Source: Stegostoma tigrinum (taxonomy: Eukaryota). From it: 64,000 nt of DNA. The stretch is from assembly GCF_030684315.1 (NCBI RefSeq), contig NC_081404.1:13769140-13833139 (forward strand). Direction: 5' to 3'. Positions within the stretch are counted from its first letter, which is position 1. Each line of letters opens with the position of its first letter. This document shows, one piece after another, positions 24,912-36,557 of the stretch. The notes under the pieces are model-generated. The model did not search any database, was not told the origin of the DNA, and saw only the letters and a program-made list of their open reading frames with translations. The position numbers were made by a program, and so were the translations under genes.

Positions 24912-25963
24912 AACCATCAGTGCCTCCCAGCCGTTCATTGTCAGAGGTTATACTTTCCCTCAGTACTGTTTTTAGAGCGGTGGTTGACATCTTTATATTC
25001 ACTTCATGTCTGCTACTCGGAATGACTGCATTAACCTGTTCACGTTTCATACTTAAATGACATGAAGTCTACAGCGACATCTTCATCAGTTGACAAAATA
25101 AAGTAAACTTTGTGAAAGTTTGGGTTTGTGGGAAATGCAGTCAGGACGTTCACACTGTATTTGTTGGTATCTTTAAAATGGGAATTAAAGCAAAGCTTTC
25201 GCTGTTGAACTCTGTTTCACTTTGATGTGTAATTTTGTTCGTTGATTTACCTTATGGCATTGCTGTCCGGCTGAATAAACGTGTAAACTGCACAACTCGA
25301 TTGCTTTTTGAACAGCACAATGTTAAATGAATGAAAAGGACAATGCTCATCCATTGTTGTGTAATTCAAGAAGTGCCCACTCCAATATCGTTACATTTCC
25401 ACAAGTATGATGACACGTAGAAAGACGTCTTTGTAGTTAGCATGTCGGCACAAATACCCCAACACTGAAAATAAGCTGTCAGCCGTGAATGAAACTATTC
25501 AGTCCAACATCAGTGAAACCACTGTTGTGAATCTGACCAGATTCCCTCAAAATATTTTACCAAGTTATCTAGACCTTCACTCGTTCTGATCAGAAATGTA
25601 AATATAATGTGTGTCCCAAATGAACTACGACTCATCAAACCACATGATGTTAAGCTCTACTTAAAATACAACCAAGGAAGGAAGCATTTGGAATAACAAC
25701 TGTATTGGAAATCTTCATAGAAGAATAAATACAGTAATTATGACTTACTTCCTGTGCCAATACAGAAGCATCCCATAAGCAACATCCATTGGGTAAAGGG
25801 AAAATTCAGGCACAGATTCTCACACACATTTCTCCAGTCTAGGAGGGAAATATCACCCGGAGAAAATACAAAGAAAGTAGCGACCCGGAGGCATTCACTC
25901 AAGCTCCCAACTCTGTTGAGACTCCAACAGCTTCTGATGCTGCATGAAAAAGTCCCGAAATCT

Positions 25964-28140
25964 ATAGACAATAGACAATAGCTACTGGAATCGGCCATTC
26001 GGCCCTTCGAGCCAGCACCCCCATTCGTTATGATCATGGCTGATCATCCACAGTCAGTATCCTGTTCCTGCCTTCTCCCCATAACCCTGGATTCCACTGT
26101 CTTTAAGAACTAATATCTATCTCTTTCTTGAAAGCATCCAGAGAGTTGGCCTCCACTGCCTTCTTGGGCAGAGCATTCCATATATCCACCACTCTCTGGC
26201 TAAAGAAGTTTCTCCTCAACTCTGTTCTAAATGGCCTAGCCCTTATTTTTAAACTGTGTCCTCTGGTTCTGGACTCACCCGTCAGCGGAAACATGCTTCC
26301 TGCCTCCAAAGTCTCCAATCCCTGAATAAACTTATACGCCTCAATCAGATGCCCTCTCATCATTCTCAGCTCAAGTGTATACAAGCACAGTCGCTCCAAT
26401 CTTTCAACATCCGATAGTCCCGCCATTCTGGGAATTGACCTCGTGAGCCTACACTGCACTCCCTCAATAGCAACAATGTCCTTCCTCAAATTTGGAGACC
26501 AAAACTGCACACAAAACTCCAGGTGCACTCTCACCAGGGCCCTGTACAGCTGCAGAAGGACCTCTTTGCTCCGATACTCAATTCCTCTTGTTATGAAGGC
26601 CAGCATGTAATTAGCTTTCTTCACTGCCTGCTGTACCTGCATGCTTGCTTTCATTGGCTAATTGACAAGAACACCTAGGTCTCGTTGTACTTCCCCTTTA
26701 CGGAAATTGACTCCATGGAGGTCGTAATCTGCCTTCCTGTTCTTGCCACCAAAGTGTATAACTGCACATTTATCCACATTAAACTGCATCTGCCATGCAT
26801 CCGTCCACTCAACCAGCTTGTCCAAATCACCCTGTATTCTCAAAACATCCTCCTCACATTTCACACTGCTACCCAACTTTGTGTCATCTGCAAATTTGCT
26901 AATATTACTTTAAATGCCTTCATCTATATCATTAATATATATCGTAAACAGCTGCGGTCCCAACACCGAATCTTGTGGTACCTCACTGGTCACTGCCTGT
27001 CATTCCGAAAGGGACCTGTTTATCACTACTCTTTGCTTCCTGTCAGCCAGCCAATTTTCAGTCCAACTCAGTATTTTGCCCCCAATACCATGTGCCCTAA
27101 TTTTGTTCACCAATCTCCGATGTGGGACTTTATCAAAGGCTTTCTGAAAGTACATCCACTGTTTCTCCCTTAACCCTCTTCAGAGATACATTCTCCAAAA
27201 AATCCAGAAGATTAGTCAAGCACGATTTCCCCTTCGTAAATCCATGCTGACTCTGACCTATTCTGTTCCTGCTATCCAAATGAATTGTAATTTCATCTTT
27301 TATAATTGACTCCAGCATCTTTCCCACCACTGACGTCAGGCTAACCGGTCTATCATTTCCTCTTTTCCCTCTCCCTCCTTTCTTGAAAAGTGCGACAACA
27401 TTTGCCAGCCTCCAATTCACAGGAACTGATCCTGAATCTATAGACCCTTGGAACATAATTACCAACGAGTCCACAATTTCTGGAGCCACCTCCTGAAGTA
27501 CCGTGGGATGCACACCATCAGGTCCCGGGAACTTATCGGCCTTCAGACCGAACAGTCTATCCAACACCTTTTCCTGCCTCTGAGAAATACCCTTCAGTTC
27601 GTCCATTACCCTAGGTCCTTCAGCCACTATTGCATCTGGGAGATTTCTTGTGTCTTCCCTAGTGAAGACAGATCTAAAGTACCTATTCAATTCTTCCTCC
27701 ATTTCCTTGTTCCCCGTGTTCAATTCACCCGTTTCTGACTTCAAGGGCCCAATTTTAGTCTGAACCATTTTTTTTTCTTTTCACATCGCTAAAAAAGCTT
27801 TTACTATCCTCCTTTATATTTTTGGCCAGTTTTCTTTCATAGCTCATTTTTTCACTGTTTATTGCCTTTTTACTTATCGGCTGTTGCTCTTTAAAAGCTT
27901 CCCAGTCCTCCCGCTTCCCACTCCTCTTTGCTATGTTATACTTCTCTCTTATCTTTATGCAGTCCTTAACTTGACTCGTCAGCCATGAGCTGATCCTGCA
28001 CCTTCTGCATTATATCCAGAAATACCTGCCACTGTTGTTCCACTGCCATCCGTGCGAGGGGATTGTACTATTGAACTTTGGCCAGCTCCTCCCATATAGC
28101 TGCATAGTTCCCTTCATTCAACTCAATGCTGACACATCCG
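25964..28140 (-). mobile_element. Same CR1 LINE fragment, unit 3
   Basis: Duplicate of 4521-6696 at offset ~21443. Confidence 0.92.
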
Positions 28141-30418
28141 GAACGGACCCCACCTCTTCAGGCTTTATTTTTTTCAAAATCCAAGACTTTATCACCTGTT
28201 TACTAAAAAGGGTCTTGATGAGGCAGCTCCAAACCTCTGCCTTACAATGTCTCCGAGAGCACACAGGACAAAATAACCTCTTCAAATGACAGCACACCAT
28301 TCAGTACACCACCGCCGAAACCGCTCAGTTCACACTCACGGAAACTAATGAGTGCACCATCCTTGAAAGCACCCCGGCACCATCACTGAAACTGCGCAAT
28401 ACCCCAGTATTGATACATCCTGGCTGTCAATTAGCTGAGTCGGCTGGGCAGTTGTTTTGCGATGCAGATTGATGGCAGCAGCACGCGTCGAGCCCGTGCA
28501 GTGCCTGCGACCACCTTGCCGATCCTGCCTTCTCAAGCTTCCGTCTTGCCTGAGGCATGGTGACCCGCTGGTTAAGCTGACAACCAGTTTTCCCTCACTG
28601 TATTGCAGGCACTTTCCGCCCGAACTGTGTGAGCCGGCACTGCACGCACACCTAGTTTGAAGGCAAGACAGCAGAGTAACATTTCTGTCTTTTGCAATGA
28701 TGTGTTCAATGATTGCAATTCTCTGGTTTTGCGAGACTGTGTCGAGGCACAGAAGCAAACATGTTGGTGCTGATAACACACATCCATATCCCGACATGAT
28801 GTTGCATGGTGTGCATTGAGGAAGTGCTGCACCATGAGCAGACAAACGGAAGTCGCTGCTGCATGCAATATTCACAGATCTGCTGCACAGACATTAGTTT
28901 TGCGTCACAAGGATTTTTAGGGCTCCCGTTCCGTCTTTCGTGACATGGTCAAGGTGCTTCCGCTAAGTCGTTGGTTTGCGCTCAGTGGACAGATGGCCAC
29001 CGGGTCAAAGCAGGATGAGTTTGCAGCTGCATGACACCTTCACTTTCTGGCTGTGTGTATAATGCTGTTCCCTTTTGAACAGTCTCACGTTGCCGCGATA
29101 CGCAGCACCCTCCCTGACATGACCCAGCACCAACGGCAACTGCTTTGGGCCTGGCCTCAGACATTTCCATTCCCATTGAGCACTTGTGCTTTTCAGCAAA
29201 ATGGAAGCTACAAATGGCACCTCTTTCAGACGTGCGTTCTGTGAGTCTAACTGAGTCTGCACCTGCCCACTTATCCCCCGAGCTGCAAGGATATCTGGTC
29301 AATAGGCCAGCATTTCCGGGGAACCGACACTTTCCCATTCACATCCAGCCTTCCACGGATTATCGTCTCCCCACTGATATATTCAGCTGTCCCCCAGGGC
29401 CTTTTCACTTTTCTCATCACCATTATGTTCGTAGCCCTTCTCCCGCAGCACTGGCAACCGAATACCCGCCACCTAACCTTGACTTTCTGTGGATGGACAC
29501 CTCACATTGACCGTGGTGCACCACTTCAGCTGCTTCGCTGTGCAGCCCTGATCAATGAGTGACCAGAACCCTGACTGATACTTCTGCAGCTCTGCTACTC
29601 TGTTTCTGTGTCTCGCTGGACTGATTGCAATGGATCCACGCGGCTGACCATAGCCAACTCTCCAGGCTGCACTGCTATGGGCCACCGAACCGTCAGCACT
29701 CTAAGCGCCTCACACCTTGCCCAAGCCCCTGGACTGATATCATAGACAGCCCAGAACTTTACAAATCCCAAAGGCGTTATTCATGTCGCCAGATTGCACA
29801 CCTTCCAATTATACCGTTTTGGTACTGCAACGCATTCTTTGCCTTGCATCACAGCGGCATCCACTAGCTCCCTCAGGCTTCATTCTGCCTTATTTATTTA
29901 CTTTTATTGTAAATAATCAACACTGCTGTTCCCGATAAGCTCATTATAACACTAGTGAACTTTTCTAATATTCACGAAGCCTTACAATCCCTGAAACATC
30001 TGTTCAATTTAAACAGTGGTGAACAAAATACTCAACGTCCCCATTTGACTGGAATGTCACCATTTATTTAACCGTGTGTTTGGGGGTTTGGTGGTTGTAC
30101 AATGTGGGTGGGTGTAATGGTGCACAGCGCTCAATTCCCATGGGCTCTCTGCCCGCTCTCACGCAATCTTCCATTGCTAATTTTCATGAGACTGCCCAAG
30201 TCAGAAAAGCAGCTCGTCGCTCTCTCCAAACTCCGTCATTCACCAAACTCCAAGGTCCAGATCGTGTTGCAAGTTGCACTCAGTGACCAGCTGCCTTCCA
30301 ATCTCATTGATTTCCAGAAACTGCGACGAAGATCATTCGTGGGTGGGAGCCTGAGACTTGCTTGCTGGCCTGGCCATGTCCAAGATTCAGACGCGACCAG
30401 AAAAGCTGCAAACTGAAC

Positions 30419-30942
30419 ATAGAACATAAAACATAGAACATTACAGCGCAGTACAGGCCCTTCGGCCCTCGATGTTGTGCAGACCTGTCATACCGATCTT
30501 AAGCCCATCTAACCGACACTATTCCATGTACGTCCATATGCTTGTCCAATGACGACTTAAATGTACCTAAAGTTGGCGTATCTACTGCCGTTGCAGGCAA
30601 AGCGTTCCTTTCCCTTACTACTCTCTGAGTAAACAATCTACCTCTGACATCTGTCCCATATCTTTCACCCCTCAATTTAAAGCTATGCCCCCTCGTGCTC
30701 GCCGTCACCATCCTAGGAAAAAGACTCTCCCTATCCACCCTATCTAACTCTCTGATTAGTTTATATGTTTGAATTAAGTCACCTCTCAACCTTCTTCTCT
30801 CTAACGAAAACAGCCTCAAGTCCCTCAGCCTTACCTCGTAAGACCTTCCCTCCATACCAGGCAACATCCTAGTAAATCTCCTCTGCACCCTTTCCAGAGC
30901 TTCCACCTCCTTCTTACAATGCTGTGACCAGAACTGTACACA
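30419..30942 (-). mobile_element. CR1 3' fragment, unit 3
   Basis: Duplicate of 8977-9500, with more substitutions than the other two copies. Confidence 0.9.
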
Positions 30943-32035
30943 AACTGCACTGTAAAGTTCGTTGTGTATATTCAGACGCTGTGACACGACTGTGCAGCAA
31001 GTAGGACTGCAACTCAGGCCTCCTTACTCAGAGCTAGGGACATTCCCACCACATCACCAAAGCGCTGAACTTTCCATTTGATGCTGCTTGTGGAAGAGAA
31101 GGCGCTGGAGATCCTGTGAATTCACCCGTTTCACCAGTTGGTGGAGCCTCTGGAAAACAGTCCTCGGGAACTGCGCGACTGTGCAAAGGGGATCGTTCCA
31201 AGCGCCTCTCACACACTTCTTGCTCCCTGCATCCTGTCACCCGCACCCCCCAACAAGCACCAAACCAACTCAGCGCTCGAACGCTGTCAGCAAGGCACTT
31301 AACAACTTCGAATCATACGTTCAACATCAGAAACACGATCCAAGAGGCAGATTTTTATGTTCAAAATGTATTCGAAGAAAGGCACGCACTATTTGGGCGG
31401 AGACAGTGGCGAATGTGCAAAGAGGGCAGAGGTGGAGGAATGTCCAGAATGTCTGAGGGTTGGAGGGAGCCCAAACAGGGAGAAAGAAAAGTGGGTTCGG
31501 GACCAGAAGGAGTGTCCGAACATGGAGGGGTGCGCGGGTCGACCGGGATTTGCGAAATCCCGGCTATGAAGTGAATGGGGAAAGCTGGATGTGGGTAATG
31601 GGTTGGCAAAGGGGTGACCATTCAGGAGAAGATGCGGTTGAAGCAGGGACTGCCCAGTTGAGAAAAGGCCTGAAACAGCTGACGATGTAAAATGGGGTGG
31701 TGGTTAGGAGGAGTGGGCGGTGTTGGAGAACCTTGGACTGATTGCAAGTGGCGAGCTAAGCAAAGAATCAGGTGTTGGCGCTCGGCAAAGGTGCAGGTCC
31801 CACCTCTCCTCCCCGGCCCAGGGGCACAGGGCGGCGGCTGGTTCCTCCCCTCTCCGGCTTGCTCCATTCTGGGCGGTTCCTTGTCAACAGACAGCCCCTT
31901 GGCCAACCCAGACTCACACGGACATAAAAGCAGCCGAGTCCGTCCTCAGCTCCACCGAGCCGTTCACGTTCTGACTGTGCTCTCTCTCTCTCTCTCTCTC
32001 TGCGAGTCTGTGTCTACGTCGTGAAAAACCTCGAA

Positions 32036-35000
32036 ATGACATCGAAAATCATCAGCAGCACCACCAGCAGCACCTCCCGCAGCAGCAGGAGCCGAGGGGG
32101 AGGCCCAATTGGCGGAGCAGCCGGGTTTTCCACTGGACTGATCCTGTCGGGAAGCGGAGGGGGTGTTCGGGGACCCAGGAGCTCCCAAAGTGTCATCCTG
32201 AGACCGACACAGTCCGTTTCAAGCGCCCGAATCTCCCGAGGCTCGGTGTTGGGCTCCAGCAGATATGGTGGCGGCGGTGGATCGAGCTTCAGCCGAATAA
32301 GTGTCGGTGCGGCTGGTTTAGGCTCAATGGGCTACCGGGGATATGGGGGAGGTATGTCTCAAGGGCTGATCCAGAGAACCGCTGCCCTGGACCTGAGCAC
32401 CCCTTTGCCTCAAATCGATACCACCCAGCGGGCTATCCGAGTGGAGGAGAGCAAGCAGCTTCAGGGACTCAATAACCAGTTCGCGGACTTCGTTGGCAAG
32501 GTAATGTTCAGTGCTGCCCAGGCGGGTGGGTTTGTCAAATGCGTCCTCCGTGTCGTTTTCTCTCGTGCCTTGTGGTGTCCGTCGCAAAGTCTAACTGTCT
32601 GTCTCTCCATCTCACCCCGCCAGGTTCGGTATTTGGAAAGGATCAATACTGAGCTGAATATCAAACTGAAACTTCTGCAGGATCAAGGCGAATACAAATC
32701 CAACATCGAGAGCATGTTCCAGGTCTACATTGACAATCTGAAGAAACAACTGGAGGCACTTGGCCAGGAGAAGCTGAGGTTCGAGGCAGACCTGGTCCAA
32801 ATGCAAGCTCTGGTCGAGGACTATAAGTGCAAGTAAGTGAGCTGCAGCTGAGTTTAGTCACGGGTTGCTTCGGAGGCGGGTTCGTGTCCGAACCAAACAG
32901 AAATACCAGGGACAGAATGAGTTCGCTTTGCCAAACCGGTAGAATGACAGCTGACGGAATTGTCCGCAGCATTGCCATGTAGACCGAACCGAACTGCACA
33001 GGGCTGTGCCGCTTCTCGTCTGCGCGCTCGTTTGATTGAAGTGGGAGCACGGCTGATGCTTCCGACAACATCGTCTGACAGTGTGTGTCTTGTGTCGGAA
33101 CCGAAAGGTAACGACTAGCGGAGACAGAGACAAAACAGGGACGGTGATAGGGATCAGGCTGAAAGACTGAGCATCGGTAAAACAATCTCTTTCGTTCCAG
33201 GTACGAAGATGAAATCAACAAGCGGACGGAAATGGAAAATGAGTTTGTCCTGGTCAAGAAGGTGACTTTTATAACGATGCGCGGTACAGATCTCCGTTTG
33301 CGGCGACTTTTGCTCACTTTCATCAATGCATTCCCTCCCTCTGCTCTTTAGGATGTTGATGACTCGTACATGAGCAAAGTGGAGCTGGAAGCTAAACTGG
33401 AAGGTCTGACAGATGAAATCGATTTCCTGCGGTCTATCTATGAAGAGGTAAACACGTGGCAATGGTCGGGCTGTTATCGTTTTCTGATCTGCTTTCCATT
33501 CGAGTCTCATGCAATGTAGCCCGAATGGTTTTTAATCACCTTGCAATCTTCATCCGCCTCCCCGCCCCCGCCCACATGTAGGAAATCCGGGAGCTGCAAG
33601 CCCAGATACAGAACACATGTGTCAATGTGCAATTGGAGGGCGGTCCGAAATTCGATGTCGAGGAGCTCCTCGCCAATGCCAGGAGGCAGTACGAAGCCTG
33701 CGCCCAGCAGAGCCGTGAGGAAGCGGAAACTTGGAAACAAACCAAGGTGAAGATTACGTGTCGCTGTCGCGTTCTTATCCAGCGGGCTGCAAAGTGAACT
33801 GTGGGACTAACGTGTTCCCAATGTCTGTTTGCAGATGCAGGAACTGGCCATGGCGTCTGGACAATGTGGCGATGATCTCAATATGCTGAAGTCAGAGATT
33901 AAACAGTCGACAGATCAAATCCGGAAACTGAAAGCATCCATCGATGCCCTGAAAAAGGAGGTAGGCAAAGGTGTGAAAGCGAACAGGGTATGGGAAACGG
34001 TTGTAAATATCTGTACGTCTCTTTTACTCTCTCTGTCTTACCTCTCTGTCCGACATTATTATCGGGAAGGCAATAAGGGGATAGGATCAGCTCGGCTGGG
34101 TTCTTTTCTGACAACGTGGGGGGTCTGACTGCTGTCCTTTCCGAATGGAATCTGTGGCTGGCCAGTCACGCCGCCCTCCGCAAATCATTGCGCGGGGCGG
34201 GAGCGTTTTGCCTCGGTGTCGTTCTGAACACTGAGCTGACCCCAGTAAATACTGAAGAAACTGGCCGAATGAATATTTATGTTCCTCAGCGTCTGAAACT
34301 GGAAGATGCAATCCGAGAAGCAGAGGAACGCGGCGAGAATTCTCTGAAAGACTCTCGGATGAGGATTAGCGAACTGGAAGAGGCCATCTTGAGAGCCGGG
34401 CAAGAGCTTTCCAAACAAGCCAGGGAGTACGAACAGCTGGTGGGCATCAAGCTTGCACTGGACATTGAAATTGGGACCTACAAGAAAATGCTGGAGGGAG
34501 AGGAGGCAAGGTAAGATCAGGGCCAGTCGCTAATCGCAGCCATCACATTGAGTCCCGTGCTGGCAAATTGCAGTCCGTCCTTGCAGTTGACTGGTAGCTC
34601 TGGTCTCTGAGAATGGAATGGACTGCAGGCACTGGGAGTGACAATCACTTCATTATCTACATGTCCCGGGTAAAGGTCAGCTGTCCCGTTCCTCACGCTC
34701 CCATGGCCTGCTGGCCCCTGCTGCCTGTGACAGCAGCACCTAAAGACTGGGCACTTTGCCTGAGGCGAAGGAAGCTGACAGTGCCCTTTCAGAAGTGCAT
34801 CCCAGCAGATGTCAGAGTCTCTGGGTGAGGGAGGAACTTGGGAAAACGGAGTGAAAGGGTGACTGTGATTTCCTGCAATTTCCTGCTCCGATCTGAGTGT
34901 GTTTCATTTCTCAACAGGATGGCAAGTGGGGTTAAAACCCTCAACATCCAGCAAGTACAGAGCCAAGGTAAGAGAATTTCTGTTTCCTCCTTTTGACAAA

Positions 35001-35536
35001 TAATTTCTGAACGAATTGCTTGACACCTTAAAGAAAAATGGGAAATTCTGGAACACCTATTGGAAACTGATCATGAACGAATAGCAAATTGATGATTTGT
35101 TCTTTTAGCTTTCCACTGTTGTCACTTTTTATCTGTTTGCTGAAGAGCATCAATGGTGCTCCCAATATAGTATCGTTCCTTTGCCCATTCCCAGGCTGAT
35201 AGAATTGTTGTGTGTTTCCAATATTTTCATAATGTCCTCTGATACTGCTTCATTTTGATCAATTGCATGGATGAGTGGACATTTTGAAAGCTATTCACTG
35301 AAGATGATCATTTTTGACATTAGAGTAAGAGCTCATATATTGAAGTGTGTTTCCTTTTGTTTTCAGCTGATTTTTCATCATTTAATTCAATGTCATCTGG
35401 ATTGACTCCATTTTTGAACGCCAGTGCATATGAAACCTCTGTCATGTCTTCATCCACAAGAAGTCCTCTGTTGGTGAAGAAAACAGAGTTGGTGGATGGA
35501 GTTACAATTTCTTCATCTATAAATCCCTTGAACTAG
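32036..35536 (+). CDS. Type II keratin, array copy 4, with a different terminal exon, ~520 aa. Exons 32036-32500, 32624-32832, 33201-33261, 33352-33447, 33582-33746, 33835-33960, 34290-34510, 34918-34967, 35367-35536
   Basis: Exons 1-8 are near-identical to the other copies (G>C in YKCK). A pyrimidine-rich acceptor ttccttttgttttcag ends at 35366, and the phase-1 join gives [62 protein letters not shown] at 36134-36139. Confidence 0.9.
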
Positions 35537-36133
35537 CTGGGAGGAAAACATTCTGTCCAGTGTTTGTCTCATGTCTCCATACAATTCAATTTTCATCTTT
35601 CATCTTCTTCTTTGAGTACGGTTCTGAAAATTCCTAGTTTTGCATGTTTTGGGAACTCTTTAAAAATACTAACACTGGTGAGATCCCAAATCCACAGTCC
35701 TTTTCAGCCTTCCGAGCTTTGTACGTGATGAATTTGCGCCACAAACAGTATTGATTAGTCTGCCCTAAACTTCCAGCACAAGCTGTACAATCATTAATTA
35801 TAACTGTGCCATGTGATATCAGTTGCAGTATATCAGATTATTTTTGGTTACTTTACTGATTGCCTGATATTATAAGTTTCGCATCATGAAAAATCTTGTG
35901 TATGCACACATTTTGGCTTAACTGGTGGGAATGGCTCAGTAATTCTTTTTTGTCACTGTCTTGAGTCTCGAAAGGTAGATATCCAACTTCTGAAAGGCTA
36001 ATTATTGAGGTTAATGGGAAACAATTATTGGGTCATTTAAGAAAGAAATCAATGTTTTCTTTGTAGAACTGTTTCAAATTCTGCATCTTCTTGTACCAGA
36101 TAATTATCTTTCATCACAGCCAGTGAAATACCG

Positions 36134-36139
36134 AATAAA
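36134..36139 (+). terminator. Polyadenylation signal of keratin copy 4
   Basis: AATAAA ~600 nt after the alternative exon 9 stop, followed by T/GT-rich sequence. Confidence 0.5.
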
Positions 36140-36209
36140 TGTGCTTTCTGCAATTCAAAATTGTTGATTCCTTGTGTTCCACGCATTGGTGTCCCTATCT
36201 ATTTCATCG

Positions 36210-36557
36210 AACATAGAATCCCTACAGGGTGGAAACAGGCCATTCAACTCATCCAGTCCATATCAACCCTCAGAAGAGCATCCCACCCCGACCCACCCCT
36301 CCCCTGTTCCTGTAATCCTGCATTTCCCATGGCTAATCCACCTAGCCTTGCACGTCCTTGGACACAATGGGACAATTTAGCATGGCCAATCCATTTAACT
36401 TGCCTATCTTTGAACTGTGGGAGGAAACTGCAGCATTGGAAAATCACCCACGCAGACATGAGGAAAATGTGCAAACTCCATACAGAAAGTTGCCTGGGGT
36501 AGAATCAAACCTGAGACTCTGGCTTAGCGAGGCAGCATTGCTAACCACTGAGCCACC
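36210..36557 (-). mobile_element. tRNA-derived SINE of the shark HE1/V-SINE type
   Basis: On the reverse strand it starts ggtggctcagtggttagc (A box) with a B-box-like ggtttgattc. Central region ...acccacgcagacatgaggaaaatgtgcaaactcc... and a CR1-like 3' tail catagaatcc. Family assigned from recalled consensus. Confidence 0.75.

Larger units (their letters stand above)
1..34979 (+). repeat. Tandem segmental duplication array: a partial unit 1-2820, then full units 2821-13547, 13548-24266 and 24267-34979
   Basis: Sequence and the whole ORF track recur at offsets 10727, 10719 and 10713 with only scattered SNPs and small indels. Similarity ends after 'gtaagagaattt' at 34979. Confidence 0.98.

Noticed and set aside
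1-34979. Array as a pure assembly artefact
   Set aside because: Units carry private and shared SNPs, indels and amino-acid changes, and the last copy has a coherent alternative exon 9. Exact copy number still needs read support.
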